Under the pieces are notes generated by a model. The model saw nothing but the letters and a program-made list of their open reading frames with translations. It was not told the DNA's origin and ran no database searches. The position numbers were made by a program, and so were the translations under genes. Positions 38,333 to 46,230 of a stretch of 64,000 bases of DNA are shown here, in pieces. Position 1 is the stretch's first letter. Every line of letters starts with the position of its first letter. Origin of the DNA: Gemmatimonadaceae bacterium (GTDB lineage Bacteria > Gemmatimonadota > Gemmatimonadetes > Gemmatimonadales > Gemmatimonadaceae); contig DASPMP010000019.1 of NCBI GenBank assembly GCA_035626995.1, positions 9,080-73,079 of the forward strand, in the 5' to 3' direction.

Positions 38333-38529
38333 AGCTCTCGGCCATCGGCCCTCGGCCCTAAAGCCCTTGGCCGTAAGGCCTTTGGCCGTAAGCCGCTGGC
38401 AGTAAGCTCTTGGCCGTAAGCTCTTGGCCGTAAGCTCTTGGCCGTAAGCTCTTGGCCGTAAGCTCTTGGCAGTAAGCTTTTGGACCTTAGCTCTTGGCGG
38501 TCAGCTCTTGGCTGTTAGCGTTTGCCGCG
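38333..38529. repeat. Tandem array of about 14 copies of a 14-nt unit (AAGCTCTTGGCCGT; complement GCCAAGAGCTTACG-like)
   Basis: Four perfect copies at 38404-38459, flanked by progressively degenerate copies. The HD-GYP stop codon (38487-38489) lies inside the array. Confidence 0.95.
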
Positions 38530-39695
38530 TCCGGATACTCGATCGTCGCCACGCGCCCTTCGAGCTTCCGCATCATCTCGATGAACTTCCCGGCGATGTC
38601 CGGCTCGAATTCCGAGCCTGACTTCTCAGCGATGTAGTTCAGCACCTTTTCCGCCTCCCAGGCTGCTCGGTACGGCCTGTTCGTGCGAAGCGCGTCGTAC
38701 ACGTCGCACACGTGCACGAGTGTGCTGGCCTTGTGCACGTCCCGCTGGTAGTGCCGCTTGGGATACCCGCCACCGTTCAGCATGATGTGGTGCTCGTACG
38801 CCACCGCCGCGGCCATGTCCAGCTCGCGATCGCTGGTGATGATCAGCCGTGCGCCTTCCACGGTGTGGTTCTGCATCACCGACCGCTCCTCATCTGACAG
38901 CTTCCCGGGCTTGTTCAGGATTTCCATCGGGATCCGCACCTTGCCGAGGTCGTGAAGGAGGCCGGCGACGCCAAAGGTGCGGACGTCGCGTGCGTTGAGG
39001 CCGAGATGTTCCGCCAGCGCCATCGTCAACACCGACACGTTGAGGCAGTGGGTCGTCGTGTACTGGTCAAACTCCTTCAGCATCAGCAGCGGCAGCATCA
39101 TGTCGCTCTCACCGTGCATCGCCACCGAAAGCGAGCGAACGACTGCCTCGGCCTCCAGCAGCGGCAGGCCGCCGTTCTTGAGCACTTCCTCATGCATGTA
39201 CTTGATCGCGTCAATCTCCTCACCCAGGTGATAGGTGATCGTCGCTGTCGCGATCTCGCGCTCCAGAACCTTGCGCCCCTCGTCCGTTTCGCTGCGGATG
39301 CCGATGGCGCCATAGCGAATGCGACGCACGCGAGTGGTCCGCGCTTCGGACGTGTCCACCGGCTCCGTGGAATTGGCAACCCGCGCATAGACGTCATCAA
39401 GGAATTCGACGAAGTCCTCGCGGGTGACGTCGGCGTCGAACTCCAGCCGCTGGATTCCCATCCCGGCGAACCGCTTGCTCCAGTCCCAGTCGCGCAGCTC
39501 GCGGATGCTGGTCTTGCCGTACACCACCTCGTCTCCGAGAAAGGAGAACTCGGGACGCGGATTTTCCGCGACCAACTCCTGCATCAGCGCGAACGACCGG
39601 TCCACCACACGCTCCCGCGCGGGATGACCCGGTTTGTACAGGGACATCGTGCTGAGGGTTTGCGCGAGCGAGGTGAGGAAGCGGGAGACGTCCAT
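38487..39695 (-). CDS. HD-GYP domain protein (probable c-di-GMP phosphodiesterase) with an N-terminal sensor/interaction domain
   Basis: HDLGKVRIP .. HHIMLNGGGYPKR. The start is taken at the ATG at 39693-39695 (MDVSRFL), because the longer ORF N-terminus is encoded by the 8-mer repeat. Confidence 0.88.
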   Translation of the reverse strand: MDVSRFLTSLAQTLSTMSLYKPGHPARERVVDRSFALMQELVAENPRPEFSFLGDEVVYGKTSIRELRDWDWSKRFAGMGIQRLEFDADVTREDFVEFLDDVYARVANSTEPVDTSEARTTRVRRIRYGAIGIRSETDEGRKVLEREIATATITYHLGEEIDAIKYMHEEVLKNGGLPLLEAEAVVRSLSVAMHGESDMMLPLLMLKEFDQYTTTHCLNVSVLTMALAEHLGLNARDVRTFGVAGLLHDLGKVRIPMEILNKPGKLSDEERSVMQNHTVEGARLIITSDRELDMAAAVAYEHHIMLNGGGYPKRHYQRDVHKASTLVHVCDVYDALRTNRPYRAAWEAEKVLNYIAEKSGSEFEPDIAGKFIEMMRKLEGRVATIEYPDAANANSQELTAKS

Positions 39696-39716
39696 GAGTG
39701 GGTAAAGGTTATCGGG

Positions 39717-39788
39717 AGCTTGGCGGCTTGGCGGCTTGACGGCTTGACAAGCCGAGAAGCTGAAAAGCCGACACGCTGACAAAGGCCG
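39717..39788. repeat. Inverted array of 8-nt units: (RGCTTGRC)x4 followed by (AAGCYGAN)x5
   Basis: agcttggc ggcttggc ggcttgac ggcttgac | aagccgag aagctgaa aagccgac acgctgac aaaggccg. The array occupies most of the 96-nt spacer between the 758-aa gene and the HD-GYP gene. Confidence 0.9.
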
Positions 39789-39791
39789 TTC

Positions 39792-42068
39792 TTAGTCCGT
39801 TATCGCCCTCATCTTCTGTGTCACCCGCTGCGCGCTCATCGCCTTGCGCAGTTCGGGATCGTTCTGCCGCGTCGCAAGCGCGATGATCTCCTGGACCTCG
39901 GGAAGCTGGTTCCAGTACGCCGACAGCGCGCTGAGGGCTGCCAGCATCTCCGGCGACTTGTCGCGGAGCTTCCATCGTCCAAAGAAACCCTTCTGCGCCA
40001 CCCGGCTCACGAGCCAGTCGAGCGTCTTCTTCCCCGCGGTCGCATCGGCCGCGGGATTGGAATCCAGATGCATGGCGCGCATCATCTGCGAGGTGCGCCC
40101 GCTGCCACTCATTACCCGCGACGCGCCGCTGTCTGCCTGTGCGAGCACGCGGATGGCCAGCGTCATCAGCGATGAATCCAGGTCCCGGTTCTCGATGCGC
40201 TGGCGCACGATCGCCAGCGCCCGCTGCGGACAGCCGCCTTCCTGCGCGGCGGACAGTCCGTAGAACAGGGCGCGCTCGTCAGTGTCCGTCACCCCCGCAA
40301 TGATCGCCTGCTCGCGCGTCTCGACGAACTTGAGCAGCAGCCGAACAGCCTCGCGACGAACCGCTGCGTCGGTATGGAGCAGGAATCGCGATACGTCAAA
40401 GTCTCGCGGAATCTGTCCAAGCTTGCCCAGCATCAGGAACAGATCGCGCCGCAGGTCTGCCCGCGCACCGTCGATGCGACGCGCGAGATATGGCCCGATA
40501 TCGTCGCCGAGTGGGAGCAGCGTGTCGAGAAGCCGCTCGCGCGTGCGCGCGTCCTTCGTGCGCTCGACCACGTCGAGAATGGGATCCACCGCCGACAATC
40601 CCTTCCGCTTCACCAGCCGCTCGAGCACCCCAACGTCGATTCGTGCTTCCGTCAGCGCCGACCAGAGAATGTCCTTCGAGTCCACGTACTGCCACACGGA
40701 TTCGGCGAATTCCGGATCCGGCGCCGCGTCGAGATAGCTCAGCAGCTGCTCAAAGCGCGCCGAGTTGAGCATGGCCTCGAGCGCGACATCCATCCGCGGG
40801 CCGCTTGCGCTGAGTTCGAGCCCCATTTGTACGACGCGCTCGGGCTCACAGTCGATGTAGGCCGCATTGGATTCCTGACGGCCAGAACGCGCCATTCGCT
40901 GCAGCACTTTCCCGTACGCGGTGGGGTTCGGGTCGTCGAGATTCCACTCGGAGATGAGGTTGCGCATATGCTCGCGCACGGATGATTCCGCGTTGGCGCG
41001 CCGCACCGGGTCCGCGTCGTTCTCGGCGTACTTCGAGAGCTTCGAAAACAGCCGCATCATCGAATGCGAGATGGACTGTTTGCCGTCGGAGCCTGCGGCT
41101 TTCACGAGATCGACGACCGCCTCCACGGTCATTCCCTGCGACGCATTCAGCAGGAACTGACGACGCTGCACGCTGTCGCCGCCCATCTCCAGCAGCTTTT
41201 TCAGGGACGCGGGACTCAGCTGCTTCACGAGCTCGGAGATGTGCTTCTGCAGCTCGATCGTCTCAGGTCGACCACCGGACTTCTTCAGCTCCTCGGCGAT
41301 CTGGAGCAGGTAGCCAACGATGACCTGGTCATACGCTTCCTGCTGCTGGCGCTTGTCGATCGCCTCGGCGACGACGAGTGGCGTCATCGAGCTCGAATCC
41401 ACCTCGTCGTTTTCGTCGAGCATCATGGCCGCGCGCGCCATCCCTACCCAGAGCTGCGCCGCCTTCGTGGAGCCGCCGCGATGGATGCGTTCCTCCCCCT
41501 CGTCATCCTTGCCGTCGTACAACAGCTGCAGCCGCTCGTAGTTCAGCGGGTACAGCTTCACATTCTCCCATCGTTCGGAGAGGCTGGCGGCCTGGTCGCC
41601 CAGCGTCTCCGTGCTGCGTCCCGAATCCACGGCGATGGTGGCCAGTGCGTCGCCGAGCTCTTCGCGTGTCAGATCGCGGAGAAACTTGAGGGCCCCGAGG
41701 TTGTGCTTGTGCAGTCGCCCGGCCAGTTCCTTGAGCAGCGGGTGGTTGGGGTCGGTCCCAACCCCTTCGATGATCAGCTGTCGACGGGCAATGCCAATGC
41801 TCAGCGAGGACCGCTCCGCCAGGAGGATCGAGATCTTCCGCATGACGCCATCCACGGCGTCGGTGAGCAGCGGATGCCCTCCAGGGTAGATCGCATGCTT
41901 CTGCATGGCGATCGACAGCTCCACCAGGAAGTCCGAAAGCTCGCGCGAGAGGCTGGTCTTTCGGGCCGCGCTGGTGCCGTCGCCATCATCGGGTCCGCTG
42001 GGCGGCTGGATGGCGCTGTTCCGAGGCGTATAACGGCCTGGCGTCGGGACGGAACCTGAGTTGGTCAA
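39792..42068 (-). CDS. Large cytoplasmic protein of unknown function. The N-terminal domain is homologous to that of the adjacent HD-GYP protein; the C-terminal part is HEAT/ARM-like helical repeats.
   Basis: 758-aa ORF with no shadow-like composition. N-terminus: DFLVELSIAMQKHAIYPGGHP..VD..LLAE...LTREEL. C-terminal helical repeats, e.g. HTDAAVRREAVRLLLKF. Confidence 0.75.
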   Translation of the reverse strand: MTNSGSVPTPGRYTPRNSAIQPPSGPDDGDGTSAARKTSLSRELSDFLVELSIAMQKHAIYPGGHPLLTDAVDGVMRKISILLAERSSLSIGIARRQLIIEGVGTDPNHPLLKELAGRLHKHNLGALKFLRDLTREELGDALATIAVDSGRSTETLGDQAASLSERWENVKLYPLNYERLQLLYDGKDDEGEERIHRGGSTKAAQLWVGMARAAMMLDENDEVDSSSMTPLVVAEAIDKRQQQEAYDQVIVGYLLQIAEELKKSGGRPETIELQKHISELVKQLSPASLKKLLEMGGDSVQRRQFLLNASQGMTVEAVVDLVKAAGSDGKQSISHSMMRLFSKLSKYAENDADPVRRANAESSVREHMRNLISEWNLDDPNPTAYGKVLQRMARSGRQESNAAYIDCEPERVVQMGLELSASGPRMDVALEAMLNSARFEQLLSYLDAAPDPEFAESVWQYVDSKDILWSALTEARIDVGVLERLVKRKGLSAVDPILDVVERTKDARTRERLLDTLLPLGDDIGPYLARRIDGARADLRRDLFLMLGKLGQIPRDFDVSRFLLHTDAAVRREAVRLLLKFVETREQAIIAGVTDTDERALFYGLSAAQEGGCPQRALAIVRQRIENRDLDSSLMTLAIRVLAQADSGASRVMSGSGRTSQMMRAMHLDSNPAADATAGKKTLDWLVSRVAQKGFFGRWKLRDKSPEMLAALSALSAYWNQLPEVQEIIALATRQNDPELRKAMSAQRVTQKMRAITD

Positions 42069-42222
42069 CTGGGGAGGAATGTAGGGCGGACACGCCTCTT
42101 GGATGACGATTATGGCCCTGCGAGTACAACGAGGCGCTGGGCGCGCCGTGGCCCGTAAACCGGCTCAGTTGGCCATCCATTTGCACTTGATGGCTCTAAC
42201 CAATTCCAAATGGAGCCGCCTC

Positions 42223-42522
42223 ATGGCCGACAAACTCGACAATTCCGCGCCCTTCAACGACGACCAGGGGACGCGGCGCGCGCAGAAGCCCACAGGGGCT
42301 GGCGCTGAAGCCGCGGAGGGAATCCACGGGGAGCCCCGCAATCGCGACCAGAAGCGTGACCCGTCTGACAACACGTCGCTTACCGACCGCACCGACGAGA
42401 CGAATGACGCGCGCAAGGGGAGTGAACCCTTCAAGAGCAACAGCCACGAACACCTGAGCGGCTACGGCGGGAAGGGTGGCGTCCCCAAGACGCCGAACGA
42501 CGACGAAACAGGCCGCCGATAG
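42223..42522 (+). CDS. Small, highly hydrophilic, probably disordered protein (hypothetical)
   Basis: The ATG at 42223 is preceded by GGAG (42212-42215). 99 aa, rich in D/E/K/R/G/T (..NDDQGTRRAQKPTGAGAEAAEG..). The ORF-track start at 42103 adds an implausible extension. Confidence 0.5.
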   Translation: MADKLDNSAPFNDDQGTRRAQKPTGAGAEAAEGIHGEPRNRDQKRDPSDNTSLTDRTDETNDARKGSEPFKSNSHEHLSGYGGKGGVPKTPNDDETGRR

Positions 42523-42554
42523 CTCGACAGGCACTGCCGAGATACTTTTCCGCC

Positions 42555-42737
42555 ATGACAAACCCGAACGCTGGCTCCAGCGACCTCGCCGATCGCGTCA
42601 AGAAAATGCAGCGCGCCATCTATTACCTCATCTGGCGGCGTACCGGATTCGGCGAACGGTGCATTCATTGCGGGCACTCGTATCCCGGACACGAGGCGAA
42701 GTGCAAGGCGGCTGAAATCGAAGAGCTGGTCCGCTGA
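42555..42737 (+). CDS. Small hypothetical protein (60 aa) with a C-x2-C-x..H..C cluster
   Basis: MTNPNAGSSDLADRVKKMQRAIYYLIWRRTGFGERCIHCGHSYPGHEAKCKAAEIEELVR, followed by an intrinsic terminator. Confidence 0.45.
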   Translation: MTNPNAGSSDLADRVKKMQRAIYYLIWRRTGFGERCIHCGHSYPGHEAKCKAAEIEELVR

Positions 42738-42757
42738 GCTGAATCGCAGCAGGCAGG

Positions 42758-42797
42758 AGAACGCGCGAGCCGTTGAGGCCGCGCGTTCTTTGCGTTT
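42758..42797 (+). terminator. Rho-independent terminator
   Basis: Stem AGAACGCGCG / CGCGCGTTCT (42758-42767 / 42780-42789), 12-nt loop, then TTGCGTTTC. Confidence 0.65.
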
Positions 42798-42937
42798 CAG
42801 GCACAGCCCCTATCCAAAGGCATCAACCGGACCACCACGCCGGGGGTGATGGATACCTGCACCCGCGCCAGTGAATGGCATGCGCCTTGTCTTAGTGAAG
42901 TGCGAAACCAGATCGACGCACCTCACGAGGCAGTGCC

Positions 42938-44068
42938 ATGTCGTACCGCGCTTCAGTCAAAACAGGCAGAGTCGCCAGCGTAGTCGCCGGCATTCTTTTC
43001 TTATCGCTTCCCGGTTGCACGCAGGCGACGCGGTCGACGACCGCCACGCCGGGCATGGCGGCCCCGTCCTTTGCGGCGGCCGGCGGAATTCTCAGCAACA
43101 TCTACAACACCGCCCGCAGCGTCTTCGAGAACGAGACAGTCTCGCTGGCACTCGATCGCATCGACCAGAGAGAGCTGCCGCTGGATCGGACGTACCGGCG
43201 TCGCGGGACCGGTTCGGGAGTCACGGTCTACGTGTTCGACGGTGGCATCATGGAGTCGCACCCCGAGCTCGCGGGTCGCGTCCGGAAAGGCTTCGACGCG
43301 TTCGATGACGACGCACGCATCTGTAACGCGCACGGCACAGCGGTCGCCGGCGCGATCGCCGGAAAGTCCCTCGGCGTGGCTCCGGAAGCGAAGATCGTCG
43401 ACGTGAAGATGGTCGAGTGTGGCAAGCTCCGCGGCACCATCAAGGCGATCGTCGACGGTGCCAACTGGGTCATCGAAGACCATCGCCGGCATGGCGGACC
43501 GTCGGTAGCGAACTGGTCGTTCATCGCCGACACCGCCTCGCGCATTCCTGCGCTCGACAGCGCCGTCGCGGCGCTCCGCGCTGAAGGCATTGCGGTAATC
43601 GTATCCGCCGGCAACGTCGAGGTGAACGCATGCCGTGTGTCACCCGGTAACGCCGATGGCGCGATTGTCGTCGGCGCGTCCACCATCGTCCGCGATCGCG
43701 AGACGAACAAGGTCACAGACCGCCGGGCCTACAACACGGCATACGGCCAGTGCATCGACTTCTACGCTCCGGGCGATTCCGTACTCCTGCCCAGCTTCGA
43801 CGCCGCGCGCACGCCAAGCGTCCAGCTGTGGAACGGAACGTCGATGTCGACCGGCTACGTCAGTGGCGCGGTGGCGCTGTTCCTGGAGGCCAATCCCAAG
43901 GCCTCTCCGGATGACGCGCTGACGTACCTGCGCGGGATGGCAACCATGAACGTGGTGCAGAACACCTATGCCCCAATTTCGTGGCTGCTGTACGTAGGTC
44001 CGGCCCGGTCGACGGGCGAGGACCTGCAGAGCGTCGAGGAGATCCGCGCCCGCATCGCTCGGCGCTGA
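42938..44068 (+). CDS. Subtilisin-like serine peptidase (S8 family), probable lipoprotein
   Basis: Catalytic triad in D-H-S order: GVTVYVFDGGI, NAHGTAVAGAIAG, NGTSMSTGYVSGAVAL. N-terminal ILFLSLPGC. Confidence 0.88.
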   Translation: MSYRASVKTGRVASVVAGILFLSLPGCTQATRSTTATPGMAAPSFAAAGGILSNIYNTARSVFENETVSLALDRIDQRELPLDRTYRRRGTGSGVTVYVFDGGIMESHPELAGRVRKGFDAFDDDARICNAHGTAVAGAIAGKSLGVAPEAKIVDVKMVECGKLRGTIKAIVDGANWVIEDHRRHGGPSVANWSFIADTASRIPALDSAVAALRAEGIAVIVSAGNVEVNACRVSPGNADGAIVVGASTIVRDRETNKVTDRRAYNTAYGQCIDFYAPGDSVLLPSFDAARTPSVQLWNGTSMSTGYVSGAVALFLEANPKASPDDALTYLRGMATMNVVQNTYAPISWLLYVGPARSTGEDLQSVEEIRARIARR

Positions 44069-44101
44069 TCGGCCTCGGCCCTCGGCTCTCGGCTCTCGGC
44101 A
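44058..44101. repeat. CTCGGCY heptad repeats spanning the S8 peptidase stop codon
   Basis: ctcggcg ctgatcggc ctcggcc ctcggct ctcggct ctcggca. The TGA at 44066-44068 lies within the array. Confidence 0.9.
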
Positions 44102-44133
44102 CTGGTGGGGCGGGCAGACAGGTAGGTGGGCCC

Positions 44134-44167
44134 GTCGCACCCTGGCCAATTCTGGCCAGGGTGCGAC
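44134..44167 (+). terminator. Perfect 15-bp stem, 4-nt loop hairpin (candidate terminator of the S8 gene; no U-tract)
   Basis: GTCGCACCCTGGCCA-attc-TGGCCAGGGTGCGAC. Confidence 0.45.
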
Positions 44168-44237
44168 CGAATGACCTACGCCTTGCACCCCGTCTGCGGC
44201 CGTCCGTCCACAACGGAACGCCTTAGCTTTCGCGCGC

Positions 44238-46226
44238 ATGAACATCGACGAGCTCACGATCAACACCATACGCACGCTCTCCATGGACGGCGTGCAGAAA
44301 GCGGAGTCCGGGCATCCCGGCACGCCCATGGCGCTCGCCCCGCTCGCGTACAAGCTCTACATGCAGCACATGAAGCACGATCCCTCGGATCCCGCCTGGT
44401 TCGATCGCGACCGGTTCGTGCTCTCCGCGGGTCACGCGTCGATGCTCCAGTACAGCGTGCTCTTCCTCGCGGGCTACGATGTCACCCTTGACGACCTCAA
44501 GAGCTTTCGGCAATGGGAGAGCCGCACCCCGGGACACCCGGAGTACGGCTATACCGCCGGCGTGGAGACCACGACCGGTCCTCTTGGCCAAGGGATGGCC
44601 AATGCCGTCGGATTTGCGATGGCCGAGGCGCATCTGGCAGCAGTCTTCAACAAGCCCGGTCACGCAATCGTCGACCATTACACGTGGTTCATCGCCAGCG
44701 ATGGCGACCTCATGGAGGGCGTCTCGCATGAGGCTGCATCGTTCGCTGGCCACAATGGGCTCGGCAAGCTCATCGGCTTCTACGACGACAACAAGATCAC
44801 CATCGACGGGTCCACTGAGCTGTCATACAGCGACGATGCACGTAAGCGCTTCGAAGGGTATGGCTGGCAGGTGTTGTCACTGGACGACGTGAATGACCTC
44901 GCCGCCATCGATCGCGTCATCGAGCAGGCAAAGCGCGACGCAGATCGGCCCACCCTCGTGATCACAAAGACGCACATCGGCTACGGCAGCCCGAAAAAGC
45001 AGGACACGGCCTCGGCGCATGGCGAGCCCCTCGGCAAGGACGAGGTCGTCGCGACCAAGAAGAACCTCGGCTGGCAGTGGCCCGAGGAGTCGTTCATGGT
45101 CCCGCAGGAAGTGCTCGACCACACCCGCACCGCCGTGAAGCGCGGAAAGGCGGCGCACGCAGAATGGAGGCAGCGGCTCGCGGCGTATCCGGAGCGCGAA
45201 GAATTGCAGCGCCGGATCGATGGTCGCCTTCCGGATGGCTGGCAGTCAAAGATCCCATCGTTCACGAAGGAGAATGGCGGCGTCGCCAGCAGGGCAGCCT
45301 CGAACGTCGTCCTCAACGCAGTCGCTGCAGTCATGCCCGAGCTCTTCGGCGGTTCCGCCGACCTGACACCATCGAATGGCACGGCGCTGAAGGCACAGCC
45401 GGTCTTCTCGCGGGACAACAAGGCCGGACGGTACGTGCACTTCGGCATCCGGGAGCACGGGATGGCCGCGATCATGAACGGCCTGTCGCTGCATGGTGGT
45501 ATCCGCCCGTTCGGGGGCACCTTCCTGATCTTCAGCGACTACATGCGCCCGTCACTGCGTCTCGCGGCGATCATGGGGCAGCCGGTGATCTTCGTGTTTA
45601 CTCATGATTCCATCGGACTCGGCGAGGACGGCCCTACGCACCAGCCGATCGAGCAGCTCTCGACGCTTCGCGCCATCCCGAATCTCACCCTCATCCGTCC
45701 CGCGGACGCGAATGAAGCGGCAGAGGCATGGCGCGTCGCCATCGCGCACCAGGACGGCCCGACAGCGCTCGTGTTCACCCGGCAGAAGCTCGGCTTCATC
45801 GATCGCGAGAAGTACGCGCCCGCAGCGGGCGTCGTCCTCGGCGCGTACATCCTTGCGGATGTCAACGCGCAGTCTCCGAGCCCGCAGGTCGTTCTGATGT
45901 CCAGCGGGTCCGAGGTCGCGCTCATCCTCGCCGCGCACGAGAAGCTGGCTGCCGCCGGCATCCGTTCGCGCGTGGTTTCCATGCCGAGTCACGAGTTGTT
46001 TGCACGGCAGACCGAGGAGTACAGGGAGTCTGTACTGCCGGCAGGCGTGCCACGCGTTGCCATCGAGGCGGGCCACCCGATGTCCTGGTATCGCTGGGTC
46101 GGCGAGAATGGCACCATCCTGGGCGTTGATCGCTTCGGCGCGAGCGCGCCATACGAGCGGATCTATCAGGAGCTCGGCCTCACTGTGGACGAAGTCGTCA
46201 CGGCTGCGCGGCGCCTCATCGCATAG
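44238..46226 (+). CDS. tkt: Transketolase (single-chain, canonical)
   Basis: 662 aa. [36 protein letters not shown], ThDP motif [34 protein letters not shown]. Confidence 0.93.
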   Translation: MNIDELTINTIRTLSMDGVQKAESGHPGTPMALAPLAYKLYMQHMKHDPSDPAWFDRDRFVLSAGHASMLQYSVLFLAGYDVTLDDLKSFRQWESRTPGHPEYGYTAGVETTTGPLGQGMANAVGFAMAEAHLAAVFNKPGHAIVDHYTWFIASDGDLMEGVSHEAASFAGHNGLGKLIGFYDDNKITIDGSTELSYSDDARKRFEGYGWQVLSLDDVNDLAAIDRVIEQAKRDADRPTLVITKTHIGYGSPKKQDTASAHGEPLGKDEVVATKKNLGWQWPEESFMVPQEVLDHTRTAVKRGKAAHAEWRQRLAAYPEREELQRRIDGRLPDGWQSKIPSFTKENGGVASRAASNVVLNAVAAVMPELFGGSADLTPSNGTALKAQPVFSRDNKAGRYVHFGIREHGMAAIMNGLSLHGGIRPFGGTFLIFSDYMRPSLRLAAIMGQPVIFVFTHDSIGLGEDGPTHQPIEQLSTLRAIPNLTLIRPADANEAAEAWRVAIAHQDGPTALVFTRQKLGFIDREKYAPAAGVVLGAYILADVNAQSPSPQVVLMSSGSEVALILAAHEKLAAAGIRSRVVSMPSHELFARQTEEYRESVLPAGVPRVAIEAGHPMSWYRWVGENGTILGVDRFGASAPYERIYQELGLTVDEVVTAARRLIA

Positions 46227-46230
46227 CGCC

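Noticed and set aside
38333-38529. Possible CRISPR array
   Set aside because: The units are only 14 nt long, directly abutting with no spacers. No cas genes or leader are present. It is a simple tandem repeat.
44069-44237. TPP riboswitch upstream of transketolase, and other riboswitches in the larger intergenic regions (42069-42222, 42738-42937, 55467-55725)
   Set aside because: I could not see conserved riboswitch cores (for example the CUGAGA/ACCUGA elements of the TPP riboswitch). These regions hold only repeats and simple hairpins. A covariance-model scan would be needed to be sure.
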